The position numbers and the translations under genes are program-made. Positions 9,651-19,500 of a DNA stretch of 64,000 nucleotides are shown here, piece after piece (the stretch's first letter is position 1; every line of letters begins with the position of its first letter). The notes beneath the pieces were generated by a model that was not told the origin of the DNA, did not search any database, and saw only the letters and a list, made by a program, of their open reading frames with translations. This DNA is from Spirochaetota bacterium (GTDB lineage: Bacteria; Spirochaetota; JAAYUW01; JAOAHJ01): NCBI GenBank assembly GCA_026415295.1, contig JAOAHJ010000002.1:7509-71508 (forward strand). The letters run 5' to 3'.

Positions 9651-10925
9651 ATGCTTGATATTAAATTTATAGAAAAAAATCCTGAAATAGTTAAAGATGG
9701 AATAATTAAAAAAGGCTTTAATTTTGATCTTGATTCTTTTTTAGAACTAAATAATAATAGGAAAAATATATTAACTAAAATTGAAAATTTAAAAGCAAAA
9801 AAAAATAAAATATCAAAAGATATACCATTAATTAAAGATAAAAAAGAAAAAGATGAATTGCTTAATACATTAAAAAATCTTAAAGAAGAAGAAAAAAATT
9901 TAGAGGAAGAATATAAAAAAATAGAAAGTGATTTTAATATTAAGTTACTTGAAATACCAAATCCTCCAGATCCTGAAGTACCGGTGGGGAAAAATGAAAC
10001 TGAAAATGTAGAATATTATAGATGGGGAACTATACCATCTTTTACATTTACTCCAAAAGACCATATAGAACTTGGCTTAGATCTAGATCTAATTGATTTT
10101 GAAAGGGCATCTAAAATATCAGGAACAAGAACATACTTCTTAAAAAATGAAGCTGTACTTTTACAAAATGCTTTAATAAGATTCACAATCGATCATTTAA
10201 TTTCTAAAGGATTTAATATTATCTATTCTCCCTTCTTTGTAAAAGAAAGAGCTATGGTTGGCACCAGTTATTTTCCTTTTGGTAAAGAACAAGCGTATTT
10301 TATAGAAAAGGATGATTTATATTTGATAGGAACATCTGAAGTAACTCTAATGTCTTACTATTTAGATGAAATAATTCCTGAAGAAAAATTACCAATAATG
10401 TTTGCTGGTCTATCGACTTGTTTCAGAAGACAAGCAGGAACTTATGGAAAAGATACAAAAGGATTATATAGGATACATCAATTTGAAAAAGTAGAACAAG
10501 TAATTATATGCAAAAATAATAAAGAAGAATCTGATAAATTTCATCAATTTTTATTAAAAAATTCATGCGAAATTTTAGAAAAATTAAATCTACCATATAG
10601 ATTAGTTAAAGTATGCACAGGAGATTTAGGAGCTGGACAAATTAAAAAAGATGATATAGAAGTTTGGATGCCCTCTAGAAATTCATATGGTGAAACTCAT
10701 TCATGTAGTTCATTCTTGGATTATCAGACTAGAAGATCAAATATAAGAGTAAAAACAAATGATGGTAAACTATATTTTCCATTTTCATTAAACAATACTG
10801 CTATAGCATCTCCAAGAATACTTATTCCATTGATTGAAATTTACCAGCAAGAAGATGGTTCAATAAAAGTTCCAGATATACTTATACCATATATGAATGG
10901 CATTGAGAAAATTAAAAAAAAATAA
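9651..10925 (+). CDS. serS: Seryl-tRNA synthetase
   Basis: N-terminal coiled-coil arm. Class II motifs (FRRQAGTYGKDTKGLYRIHQFEKVE; GDLGAGQ; NNTAIASPRILI). 424 aa. Confidence 0.9.
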   Translation: MLDIKFIEKNPEIVKDGIIKKGFNFDLDSFLELNNNRKNILTKIENLKAKKNKISKDIPLIKDKKEKDELLNTLKNLKEEEKNLEEEYKKIESDFNIKLLEIPNPPDPEVPVGKNETENVEYYRWGTIPSFTFTPKDHIELGLDLDLIDFERASKISGTRTYFLKNEAVLLQNALIRFTIDHLISKGFNIIYSPFFVKERAMVGTSYFPFGKEQAYFIEKDDLYLIGTSEVTLMSYYLDEIIPEEKLPIMFAGLSTCFRRQAGTYGKDTKGLYRIHQFEKVEQVIICKNNKEESDKFHQFLLKNSCEILEKLNLPYRLVKVCTGDLGAGQIKKDDIEVWMPSRNSYGETHSCSSFLDYQTRRSNIRVKTNDGKLYFPFSLNNTAIASPRILIPLIEIYQQEDGSIKVPDILIPYMNGIEKIKKK

Positions 10926-10953
10926 ACTATAAAATTTATATAAAAACTTAATA

Positions 10954-11526
10954 ATGAATACAAAATATCTTGTTATTATTATTTTGCTTGTTCTTACATT
11001 ATCATTTTTTTTCATTAAAATAAAAATTGAAGAAAAATTGGAAGAAAAAGTAATAAATGAAATTCTAACTTTAGAATTTAGCCCATCTCAGAAAAACAAA
11101 AAATTAAATTTAAATGAATTAAATAACGAAGAATTATTAAATATTTATATTGAAGAAGATTTAATCCCATTAAGTGAAAAAAACTTTTTCTATGATTATA
11201 TTTCAAATATAAAAAAAATAGATTCAAATAATTTAAATTTTTCACAAAAAAATTTCAATAATCAAAACAATACCAATATTAAAAATAAAAACTTAATAAA
11301 CAATAAAACACTTTCCAAAGTGAATTTTCCTATAGATATTAATAAAGCAACCTATGAAGAATTAATTCAAATCCCTGGAATAGGTCCAACTCTTGCAAAA
11401 AGAATCATCGAATGGAGAGAACAAAATGGAAATTTTAATTCAATTGAAGATTTAATAAAAGTTAAAGGTATTGGAGAAAAAATATTTGAAAAGATTAAAT
11501 CATATTTTATAATTAATAATAAATAA
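10954..11526 (+). CDS. comEA: ComEA-like helix-hairpin-helix DNA-binding protein
   Basis: N-terminal TM, N/K-rich linker, C-terminal tandem HhH (ELIQIPGIGPTLAKRIIEWREQNGNFNSIEDLIKVKGIGEKIFEKI). Confidence 0.75.
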   Translation: MNTKYLVIIILLVLTLSFFFIKIKIEEKLEEKVINEILTLEFSPSQKNKKLNLNELNNEELLNIYIEEDLIPLSEKNFFYDYISNIKKIDSNNLNFSQKNFNNQNNTNIKNKNLINNKTLSKVNFPIDINKATYEELIQIPGIGPTLAKRIIEWREQNGNFNSIEDLIKVKGIGEKIFEKIKSYFIINNK

Positions 11527-11545
11527 TTGTAAAAAAAGGTTTTAT

Positions 11546-12490
11546 ATGAAAATTTTTGATATTTTAAAAAAAACTTTTAAGAAAGAAAAGGAGAAACCTA
11601 ATAAAAAAAACATTCAAACCACAGATAATAAAATAGTTTATAATTATAATGATAATTTAGAAGAAACTATAGAAGATAAAAATAGCATTAAAATTGATGA
11701 AACAGAAATATTTACAATTATTGATAAATCAAAAATAGATAATTTTAATGATCAAATAAAAGAATTGAAAGATTTTGATAAAAAACTAAAAATAGGCCAT
11801 GAAGAAGAAAGTATCTCAAATTTAGAAAATGATTATGAATCTTATATAGAAAAAATTTCTCAAAATATTATTGAAGATAAAGAAAAATCAATATTAAATA
11901 AACCTGAAATTAATAAGCTAGTCTCAGATAAAAAAATTAATAATGAAGATGTAGTTGTAATGACTTTAGATGATCTCACAGATTATTATAAAAAAAGGTC
12001 AAAAGAAAAATATTTAATAGTTGAAAACAATTACGAAAACAATGTTGGAGAATATGAAGAAACTGAAAGAAATAAATACTTAAATCAATTTTCAGAAAAT
12101 ATTGCAAAAAACATTTTCAAAGATGAAGATCAAAATATTATAGAAAATGATTCAATTGATATTATAGAAGAAAATGAAAATATAGAAGATTTAGAGAATG
12201 AAACAAGTTATTTAGAAGAAAATGAAGAAATTAATCCAGAATATTTAAATAATATTGAAAATTTAGATGGAGAATTTAGTAACGATAAAATTTTTAATGA
12301 TGAATATAAAGAAGATTCAAATAAAGAAAAAAACTTACCAGAAAATTTAAAAGAACTAAAAAATATATTTGAATATTTAAATGAGCTTCTTGAAAAATTA
12401 CCGAAAGAAAAAGTAAAGAAATTTGTAAATTCAAATTATTTTAAATTATATAAAAAATTAATGTACGAACTGAATACAAAAAAATCGTAA
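11546..12490 (+). CDS. Acidic low-complexity hypothetical protein (E/N/D/K-rich, 314 aa)
   Basis: Intact ORF. Strongly biased composition, no TM, no motif. Confidence 0.4.
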   Translation: MKIFDILKKTFKKEKEKPNKKNIQTTDNKIVYNYNDNLEETIEDKNSIKIDETEIFTIIDKSKIDNFNDQIKELKDFDKKLKIGHEEESISNLENDYESYIEKISQNIIEDKEKSILNKPEINKLVSDKKINNEDVVVMTLDDLTDYYKKRSKEKYLIVENNYENNVGEYEETERNKYLNQFSENIAKNIFKDEDQNIIENDSIDIIEENENIEDLENETSYLEENEEINPEYLNNIENLDGEFSNDKIFNDEYKEDSNKEKNLPENLKELKNIFEYLNELLEKLPKEKVKKFVNSNYFKLYKKLMYELNTKKS

Positions 12491-12617
12491 TAATTAATTA
12501 AAATTTTCAACATATATTTTTCCATATTTTTATATTATTTTACATTATAAAAAAAATAATTTGACAAATTTTAACTTTTTTTTATCTTTATAAAAACTTT
12601 TAAATTGGGAGAAATAT

Positions 12618-13370
12618 ATGAAATTTTTAAAAAAATTTGTATTAATTTTAATCCTCTTTTTGCTAGTTTTATGTTTATTTAATTGTAAAGCAAAAAAAGA
12701 AGTTGTATTTAATGTAGGTACAAACGCAGAATATCCTCCATTTGAGTTCAAAGAGGGAGAAGAATTCAAGGGAATAGATATGGAACTAATAAAACTTGTA
12801 GCTAATGAGCTTGGCATGAAAATAAATATTATTGATATGGACTTTGATGCACTTATTCCTTCACTGCAAGCAAAGAAGATTGATGCAGCAATAGCTGCAA
12901 TTACTATAACCTCTGAAAGAGCTCAAGTTGTTGATTTTACTATTCCTTACTATATTGCAAATCAAGCAATAATAGCAAAAAAGGAATCTTCAATATCTAT
13001 TTCTTCACCTGAAGATTTAGCTAAATATAAAATTGGTGTTCAAAATGGTACAACTGGTCAAATTTATATCGATGAAAATTTTGTTTCAAAGGGAAAAATG
13101 CCACCTGCTAATCTTGTTAAATATCCAACAAATATTGAAGCAATCACTGATATGTTAAATGGAAATGTAGATTTAGTAATAATAGATGATACTGCTGCTT
13201 TAGGTTATTCAAAATTAAAACCAATAAAAATAATCTTTACTATTGATACTGGTGAAAATTATGGTATAGCATTACCAAAAGGATCAAAATTACTTGAAAA
13301 AATAAATAATGTTCTTAAGAAAATTCTCAATTCAGACTCTTGGAATAACATCTTATTAAAATACTTATAA
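12618..13370 (+). CDS. Polar amino-acid ABC transporter substrate-binding lipoprotein (family 3 SBP, Gln/His-type)
   Basis: Signal peptide with lipobox-like LFNC. SBP_bac_3-like motifs (GIDMELIKLVANELG; DAAIAAITITSERAQVVDFTIPYY). Preceded by SD GGGAG. Confidence 0.8.
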   Translation: MKFLKKFVLILILFLLVLCLFNCKAKKEVVFNVGTNAEYPPFEFKEGEEFKGIDMELIKLVANELGMKINIIDMDFDALIPSLQAKKIDAAIAAITITSERAQVVDFTIPYYIANQAIIAKKESSISISSPEDLAKYKIGVQNGTTGQIYIDENFVSKGKMPPANLVKYPTNIEAITDMLNGNVDLVIIDDTAALGYSKLKPIKIIFTIDTGENYGIALPKGSKLLEKINNVLKKILNSDSWNNILLKYL

Positions 13371-13399
13371 AAAAAGTATTTTTTAAATTTATTTAAAAA

Positions 13400-13450
13400 T
13401 AGGGGAATCTATCTTTAATAAGAAAGTAAAGATATTCCCCTATTTTTTTT
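13400..13450 (+). terminator. Rho-independent terminator/attenuator between SBP and permease genes
   Basis: Hairpin TAGGGGAATCTATCTTTA-ataagaaag-TAAAGATATTCCCCTA followed by TTTTTTTT. Confidence 0.6.
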
Positions 13451-13526
13451 ATTTTTTTTAAAAAAATATTGAAAATTGAATTTTTTATTTAATAATTTTA
13501 GTTAGAAAAACAATAGGATATTTATT

Positions 13527-14234
13527 ATGGGTCTATTATTTTTTTTAGAAAAATTGAAAGAATCCTTTTTATTTATTATTAAAGTTTTTCCAATATTAAT
13601 GAACGGTTCATTAGTTGCAATTGAAATAACAATATTTTCTATATTTATAGGAATGGTTATTGGTATAATTGTTGCCTTTTTACACATTTATGGTTCAAAA
13701 CTAATTAAAAAAATAATCTATTTTTATGAATGGGTTATGAGAGGAACTCCTATACTTGTAATACTATTCTTTCTATATTTTGGTTTGCCAAAAATTCCTT
13801 TAATTGGAATCAATTTAAATCCTTTCGTAGCCGTTGTAATCGGTCTTGGATTATGTTCATCTGGATATCAAGCACAAATTTACAGAGGCGCTATTTTATC
13901 AATAGGTTCTCAACAAATGGAAGCTGGTCTTTCACTTGGTATGACAAAGTTTGAAACCTTTTTTAATATTATACTTCCACAAGCTGTTAGATTATCATTA
14001 CCAGGGTTTACAAATGAGTTTACAATTGTTTTAAAAGACTCTCCTCTGGCTTATGCTGTTGGAATATCTGAAATTTTAAAAAATGGAAGAGATATTATTG
14101 TTCAAACTGCAAGACCTTTTGAAGTTTATTTTGCTGCTGCGATTTTATATTTTGTTTTGTTTCAATTGTTTTATAACTTATTTAAATATATTTCTAAAAA
14201 GTTTGAAGTACCAGGATTTTTAATATCACAATGA
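13527..14234 (+). CDS. Amino-acid ABC transporter permease
   Basis: Multi-TM protein. Conserved permease EAA-like region (EAGLSLGMTKFETFFNIILPQAVR). Confidence 0.75.
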   Translation: MGLLFFLEKLKESFLFIIKVFPILMNGSLVAIEITIFSIFIGMVIGIIVAFLHIYGSKLIKKIIYFYEWVMRGTPILVILFFLYFGLPKIPLIGINLNPFVAVVIGLGLCSSGYQAQIYRGAILSIGSQQMEAGLSLGMTKFETFFNIILPQAVRLSLPGFTNEFTIVLKDSPLAYAVGISEILKNGRDIIVQTARPFEVYFAAAILYFVLFQLFYNLFKYISKKFEVPGFLISQ

Positions 14235-14306
14235 CATAAAAATATTTAACGACTTATCAATTTTAGTTTTATTTAAAAAATTTATTAAAAATTTCAAGGA
14301 GAAAAA

Positions 14307-15056
14307 ATGGCTATATTAGAAGTTAAAGACATCAAAAAAAGATTTGGGCATAATGTTATTTTAGATGGTGTTTCATTTAGTGTAGAAAAAGGGGAGGTTA
14401 AAGTTATTATTGGTCCTTCTGGTACTGGAAAATCTACTCTTCTTAGATGCATAAACATGCTAAACCCTCCAGATTCAGGTGAAATTTATATTGAGGGTGT
14501 AAATATAACATCACATAAAGTTGATCTACATAAAATAAGAAGAAAAATAGGAATGGTATTTCAACATTTTGCTCTTTTTAAACATTTAAAAGCTATTGAT
14601 AATGTTGCATTAGGATTAATAAAAGTTCTTAAAATGCCAAAAAAAGAAGCTTATGAAAAAGCAATGTTTGAGTTAGCTAGAGTTGGTCTTGCTGATCATA
14701 AAGATAAATATCCAGCAGAACTTTCTGGTGGACAACAACAAAGAGTTGGTATAGCGAGAGCCCTTGCAATGGATCCAATATTAATGCTTTTTGATGAACC
14801 AACATCAGCATTAGATCCTGAACTTATTGGTGAAGTTTTACAGGTAATGCAAAAGCTCGCTATGGAAGGAATGACAATGATTTGTGTAACCCATGAAATG
14901 GGATTTGCAAAAAATGTTGCCAATGAAATAATCTTTATGGAAAAAGGGAAAATTGTTGAATCTGGTTCTCCGAAAGAAATGTTTACTAATCCAAAAAATG
15001 AAAGAACAAAATCTTTTTTAAATAAAATTTCTGAGTTGTATGGAGAAGAAAAATGA
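14307..15056 (+). CDS. Amino-acid ABC transporter ATP-binding protein (GlnQ-like)
   Basis: Walker A GPSGTGKST, signature LSGGQQQRV, Walker B LMLFDEPTSALD, H-loop VTHEMGFA. Confidence 0.9.
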   Translation: MAILEVKDIKKRFGHNVILDGVSFSVEKGEVKVIIGPSGTGKSTLLRCINMLNPPDSGEIYIEGVNITSHKVDLHKIRRKIGMVFQHFALFKHLKAIDNVALGLIKVLKMPKKEAYEKAMFELARVGLADHKDKYPAELSGGQQQRVGIARALAMDPILMLFDEPTSALDPELIGEVLQVMQKLAMEGMTMICVTHEMGFAKNVANEIIFMEKGKIVESGSPKEMFTNPKNERTKSFLNKISELYGEEK

Positions 15057-15727
15057 ATTTTTTTGAAAAATTATTTATTAGGATGCCAGATTTCATCAAA
15101 GGAATATCTCTAACTATTGAATTAACATTATTTTGTGCTATCTTTGGTTTCCTCCTTGCTATTCCTCTTGTTATTGGAGTTATTTATGGCAATAAATTTT
15201 TTAAGAATTTATCAAAGGCTTATATTACTATTGTTAGAGGAACTCCAATGATAGTTCAAATGTTTTTTATATATTATGGCTTACCTGGAATTGGAATAAA
15301 ATTGAAACCTTTTCATGCAGCACTTATTGGATTCGTTCTTAATTCAGCAGCTTATCAGTCAGAATATTTGAAAGGTGGCTTTTTAGCTATTACAACAGAA
15401 CAACTTGAAGCAGCATATTCAATAGGACTTAATAAATGGGAAGCCATAAGATACATAATTTTTCCTCAGGCAGTAAGATTTTCTATACCAGCACTTACAA
15501 ATGAAATTATTTACCTTATAAAATATACTTCCGTTGCTTATTTAATAGCTGTTCCTGAACTATTTGCTCAAGCAAAATTTTTTGCTTCTGATACATATTA
15601 TTATATAGAAACATTTGTTTTAATCGGAGTTTTATATCTTCTAATGATTTTTGTTATAACAAAACTTGCAGATTGGATTGAGAAAAAATTATATATCCCT
15701 GGTTTTGATATTTCACATTTAAAATAA
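15053..15727 (+). CDS. Amino-acid ABC transporter permease (second)
   Basis: Paralogous permease (EAAYSIGLNKWEAIRYIIFPQAVR). 4-nt overlap with ATPase gene. Confidence 0.75.
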   Translation: MNFFEKLFIRMPDFIKGISLTIELTLFCAIFGFLLAIPLVIGVIYGNKFFKNLSKAYITIVRGTPMIVQMFFIYYGLPGIGIKLKPFHAALIGFVLNSAAYQSEYLKGGFLAITTEQLEAAYSIGLNKWEAIRYIIFPQAVRFSIPALTNEIIYLIKYTSVAYLIAVPELFAQAKFFASDTYYYIETFVLIGVLYLLMIFVITKLADWIEKKLYIPGFDISHLK

Positions 15728-15745
15728 TTTAAATATTTTCTAAAA

Positions 15746-15774
15746 TTGACTTTTTTTCAAAAATTTATTATATT
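15746..15774 (+). promoter_or_regulatory. Sigma70-like promoter TTGACT-17-TATATT upstream of thioredoxin/ccdA
   Basis: TTGACT at 15746-15751, 17-nt spacer, TATATT at 15769-15774, 27 nt before the ATG at 15801. Confidence 0.4.
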
Positions 15775-15800
15775 CATAAAAAATGATGAGATAAATAATT

Positions 15801-16292
15801 ATGGAGAAAATTAAAAGTTATTTTGTTATTTTTATTTTTTTTCTTTTTATTTTTTCAATGATTTTATTCCCAAATTCAGAAATAAATTGGATATCATATG
15901 ATGATGCATTAAATTTATCAAAAAAAACAAACAAATTTATTTTTCTCTATTTTTGGACAGAATCTTGTCCCTATTGCAATAAAATGAAAAATATTACTCT
16001 GTCAAATAAAGAAGTTATTAATTATTTAAATGAAAATTTTCATTCTGTTTCTATTAATGCTAATTCCAACTCAATTGCATCTGGAATACTAAATAAAACA
16101 GGAAACTCTTTAGCTAGTCAATATATGATTCAGGGTGTGCCTACATCAATTTTTCTTAAACCTAACGGTGAAGTTTTATATAATATTCCTGGATATATTG
16201 AATATCCTAATTTTTTGCTTATTCTTAAATACATTAACACAAGGTCTTATGAAAAAATGAATTTTAATGATTTTAAAAAATCTAATCAATAA
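15801..16292 (+). CDS. Thioredoxin-fold thiol:disulfide oxidoreductase (membrane-anchored/secreted)
   Basis: N-terminal hydrophobic segment. Active-site WTESCPYCNKM (CxxC). Confidence 0.65.
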   Translation: MEKIKSYFVIFIFFLFIFSMILFPNSEINWISYDDALNLSKKTNKFIFLYFWTESCPYCNKMKNITLSNKEVINYLNENFHSVSINANSNSIASGILNKTGNSLASQYMIQGVPTSIFLKPNGEVLYNIPGYIEYPNFLLILKYINTRSYEKMNFNDFKKSNQ

Positions 16293-16427
16293 AGAATTTA
16301 AAAATTTTTTATTATATTAGAATTAACCCAAGTTAATTAATATTATAAATTAATTATAACTAAAATATTTTAATTCTTAAAGAAAAATTTATTTTTTTAA
16401 TATAATCATTTTAATAAAATTTTATTA

Positions 16428-17150
16428 ATGAATGGAATCGGTAATATAGTTGATGTAAATTTTGCTTTAGCTTTTATTTCTGGTATATTAGCTTTTTTTT
16501 CCCCTTGTACATATCCTCTACTACCATCATTTATTGCAATGATTTCAAATAGTTCCTTTGAAAATATTCATCAAAATAATAAGATAGAATTAAAAAAAAA
16601 CATAAATTTAAAAATTTTATTTAGTAATTTAATTTTACCAATAATTTCTTTTGGAATTGGATTTACATTAATTTTTACCTTACTTGGAGCTTCTTCAACT
16701 ATAATAGGAAAAATTTTAATAAAATATAAAAAGATTTATTCTATAATAACCTCTATTATTATAATTATCCTTGGACTATTTTTATCTGGAATTATAAAAA
16801 TAAAACAACTAAATTTTGAAAAAAGGATTTATATTAAAAAGGAAAGTAGAGGCCTTTTTTTTCCTTTTATATTTGGAGTAACTTTTGCTTTTGGATGGTC
16901 TCCATGCATAGGACCTATATTAGCTTCAATACTTATAATTGCTTCTTCTCTTAACTCTTTAACAAAAGGGGTCCTTCTCCTTCTAACTTTCTCTTTCTCT
17001 TTTTTATTAATGTTTTTAATTGCAGGAATAATTTTTTATTTTTCTATCAATTCAATAAAAAAATTAAATAAATTTATTCCTGCTATTAAAATAATATCGT
17101 CTATAATTATTATTATTTACGGGATACTCTTTTTTATTAAAAATTTTTAA
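16428..17150 (+). CDS. ccdA: Cytochrome c-type biogenesis/thiol-disulfide transporter CcdA (DsbD TM domain)
   Basis: FFSPCTYPLLPSF and GWSPCIGPILASIL (two conserved Cys in TM1 and TM4). Confidence 0.75.
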   Translation: MNGIGNIVDVNFALAFISGILAFFSPCTYPLLPSFIAMISNSSFENIHQNNKIELKKNINLKILFSNLILPIISFGIGFTLIFTLLGASSTIIGKILIKYKKIYSIITSIIIIILGLFLSGIIKIKQLNFEKRIYIKKESRGLFFPFIFGVTFAFGWSPCIGPILASILIIASSLNSLTKGVLLLLTFSFSFLLMFLIAGIIFYFSINSIKKLNKFIPAIKIISSIIIIIYGILFFIKNF

Positions 17151-17381
17151 AATTTTTTTATTAAATTTTAATGTACACTACAAAAATCTTAAGAATATTT
17201 TTTTTATTTTATTTAATTTAAATAATTTTCTAAAAATATTTGAATTAAAATTAATTTAATTATTTAATAATAAATTATTCAATAAATTAGTCTTGACAAT
17301 AAAGAAATTTTTATTAGATTTTTATTACAACAAAATATAGAATTATTTTTAAAATAAATTATAAGAAATAAAAATTTCTAT

Positions 17382-17463
17382 GCAGCAGTGGTGGAATGGC
17401 AGACACACTAGCTTGAGGGGCTAGCGGGTAACTCCCGTGCGGGTTCAACTCCCGCCTGCTGCA
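17382..17463 (+). tRNA. tRNA-Leu (anticodon GAG), type II with long variable arm
   Basis: Acceptor GCAGCAG/CTGCTGC. Anticodon stem CTAGC/GCTAG, loop TTGAGGG. Long variable arm CGGGTAACTCCCG. T-arm GCGGGTTCAACTCCCGC. Followed by T7 run. Confidence 0.8.
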
Positions 17464-17527
17464 TTTTTTTATTTTAAATAATTTTACATATTTGATTTTT
17501 ATTAAATAGAAATTTAATTAATTAAAA

Positions 17528-18673
17528 ATGGAAAAACAGAAATCTGGATTTTTATCCATTGAAAACATACTTTTTTTCATACTTTTTATACTTATATTTA
17601 TTTTTATAATAATTTTATTAAGACCATTTTTTTTTATTATTATTTGGAGCACTGTTTTATCTATATTAATAAGTCCTATTTTTAATTATATATTATCAAT
17701 AATTAAAAATTTATTAAATAAATTAATAATAAAAAATCGAAAATTTGAAAAATTTAATTCTAAAATCTATTTTATAGTAAAATGTATACTTGGTTTTATA
17801 TTTTGTGCTGCTGTTTTTTTATTAATAGTTATTCCATCTTTCTATTTTTTCTCAAGTTTTAGTAAGCAACTTCTAAACATTGGAAAAGATTTACTAAATT
17901 TTATCAATAAAAATCCAAAACTATTTTCAATAGAATATTATGAAAATTTTGTTGATTTTTTATATGAAATTAGTAATGGACTTATTAATTTAAAAACTTT
18001 AAATTTAAAATATGAATTGACTAACCTTATTCAAAAATTTTCAATAACTGTCTTTGAAAATACAACAAAGATATTTAATAGTTTAATAAAAATTATAGTT
18101 AATATATTTTTTATAATTTTTACTTTATACTTTTTTTTAATAGATGGCGAATATTTAAAAAATATTTTCATATCTTCTATTCCAATTAAAAAAGATTATA
18201 TAGAAATTTTTGTTAAAAAGTTTAAGGAAGTATCAAAAGCAATAGTTAATGGTTATATATTGGTTTCTTTATTACAAGCTTCAATTGCAACTTTAATATT
18301 TTACATATTCAAAATAAATAATTACCTTATATGGGGTTTTTTAGTATTTTTATCTACTTTTATACCAATTTTTGGAAATGCAGGGGTTTGGATCCCTTTA
18401 AGCCTTTCAAAAATTTTTATATCAGGACAGGCAAAAGATGGTATTTTGCTTGCTATTTCATGTTTAATTTTTGTAACCATTCTAGATTATATACTAAGGC
18501 CTATTCTTTTAAGAATAACATTAAACCTTCATCCTTTTCTTATTTTTTTAGCAATGTTAGGTGGAATTTACACTTTTGGTTTATCTGGAATAATTCTTGG
18601 ACCTTTTATATATATACTCTTTTTTACAGTTCTTGATATTTTTTTAGAATTAAAACATACAAATCAAAATTAA
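17528..18673 (+). CDS. AI-2E family transporter (PerM/UPF0118)
   Basis: About 8 TM helices. Conserved C-terminal core (FLSTFIPIFGNAGVWIPLSL...ILGPFIYILFFTVLD). Confidence 0.6.
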   Translation: MEKQKSGFLSIENILFFILFILIFIFIIILLRPFFFIIIWSTVLSILISPIFNYILSIIKNLLNKLIIKNRKFEKFNSKIYFIVKCILGFIFCAAVFLLIVIPSFYFFSSFSKQLLNIGKDLLNFINKNPKLFSIEYYENFVDFLYEISNGLINLKTLNLKYELTNLIQKFSITVFENTTKIFNSLIKIIVNIFFIIFTLYFFLIDGEYLKNIFISSIPIKKDYIEIFVKKFKEVSKAIVNGYILVSLLQASIATLIFYIFKINNYLIWGFLVFLSTFIPIFGNAGVWIPLSLSKIFISGQAKDGILLAISCLIFVTILDYILRPILLRITLNLHPFLIFLAMLGGIYTFGLSGIILGPFIYILFFTVLDIFLELKHTNQN

Positions 18674-19010
18674 TAATTATACTAAATTTAAACACCAATT
18701 CTATATATACACATGTATCATATATATACGCATAAATTTATATAAAAATTAAATTTTTAAAATTATAAAAAATTTGTTTACTAAAGATAAGATTTTATTA
18801 TACTGCTGTGTTTTTATTATACACATTATTTATTTAAAAAATAATAAAAATAATTAATTCTTTATATTTAATCTACAGGTTTCTAATAATTATCAGTTTT
18901 ATAAACCTTAATTAAAATTTGAAATTTATTTTTAATTAAACTATAAATATAAAATTTATGGCATATTATTTGCTAATGTTAAAATGAATAAAAATTAAAG
19001 GAGGTAGACT

Positions 19011-19445
19011 ATGGCAAAAAGAGATTTAATTTTTTGGTCACCTTTTAAAGAACTTGAAGATTTAAAAAATGAAATTGATAAATTCTTCAATTGGGATTAC
19101 GATTCTCCAATAAAATTAAATGCCCCTGCAATTGATATTGAACAGGATGAAAACAATTTTTACATAAAAGCTGATATTCCAGGACTTACAAAAGATGATA
19201 TTGAAATCGAATTAAAAGATGGAATGCTAACTCTTAGGGGAGAAAAAAAAGTAGAAAAAGAGGAAAAGAAAAAGGAATGTTTTAGAAAAGAAAGATGGGA
19301 AGGTAAGTTTGAAAGAACAATAAGTCTCCCAGATTATATCGATACTGAAAAAGCTGAAGCTACCTATAATAATGGGGTTTTAGAAATAACATTACCAAAG
19401 AAGGAAGAGAAAAAACCTAAAAAATTAACATTAAAAATAAAATAG
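19011..19445 (+). CDS. Hsp20/alpha-crystallin small heat-shock protein
   Basis: Alpha-crystallin domain (PAIDIEQDENNFYIKADIPGLTKDDIEIELKDGMLTLRGEK...NGVLEITLPK). Strong SD AAAGGAGG. Confidence 0.85.
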   Translation: MAKRDLIFWSPFKELEDLKNEIDKFFNWDYDSPIKLNAPAIDIEQDENNFYIKADIPGLTKDDIEIELKDGMLTLRGEKKVEKEEKKKECFRKERWEGKFERTISLPDYIDTEKAEATYNNGVLEITLPKKEEKKPKKLTLKIK

Positions 19446-19473
19446 TACTATGAATAACATCTTATAATAAAAG

Positions 19474-19500
19474 GGCTACCTTTAAAAAGGTAGCCTTTTT
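19474..19500. terminator. Bidirectional rho-independent terminator between convergent hsp20 and pepT
   Basis: Perfect 10-bp stem GGCTACCTTT/AAAGGTAGCC with T-runs on both strands. Confidence 0.65.

Noticed and set aside
12561-12600. TTGACA -35 box upstream of the ABC substrate-binding gene
   Set aside because: No acceptable -10 hexamer at 16-18 nt spacing. It could still be a promoter with an extended -10 but was not counted as a feature.
12545-12817. Small antisense or overlapping ORFs in the six-frame track. Examples: 12545-12817(-), 13502-13687(-), 13730-13954(+), 14696-14923(-), 18331-18636(+), 20079-20429(+), 21010-21195(-), 23139-23387(-), 25024-25287(-), 25579-25767(-), 26223-26405(-), 30441-30629(-), 33132-33485(+), 40035-40253(+), 45852-46055(+), 49228-49443(+), 57547-57837(+), 59327-59677(+).
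   Set aside because: Each lies inside or antisense to a much longer ORF with clear homology motifs. AT-rich genomes generate many chance ORFs. Their compositions are low-complexity with no motifs or RBS.
17151-17527. Integrated element at tRNA-Leu
   Set aside because: No integrase or recombinase gene, no direct repeat of the tRNA 3' end, and flanking genes are ordinary housekeeping genes.
18674-19010. CIRCE (TTAGCACTC-N9-GAGTGCTAA) or HAIR element upstream of hsp20
   Set aside because: Neither consensus is present. Only an AT-rich tandem repeat was found, which is reported separately as a finding.
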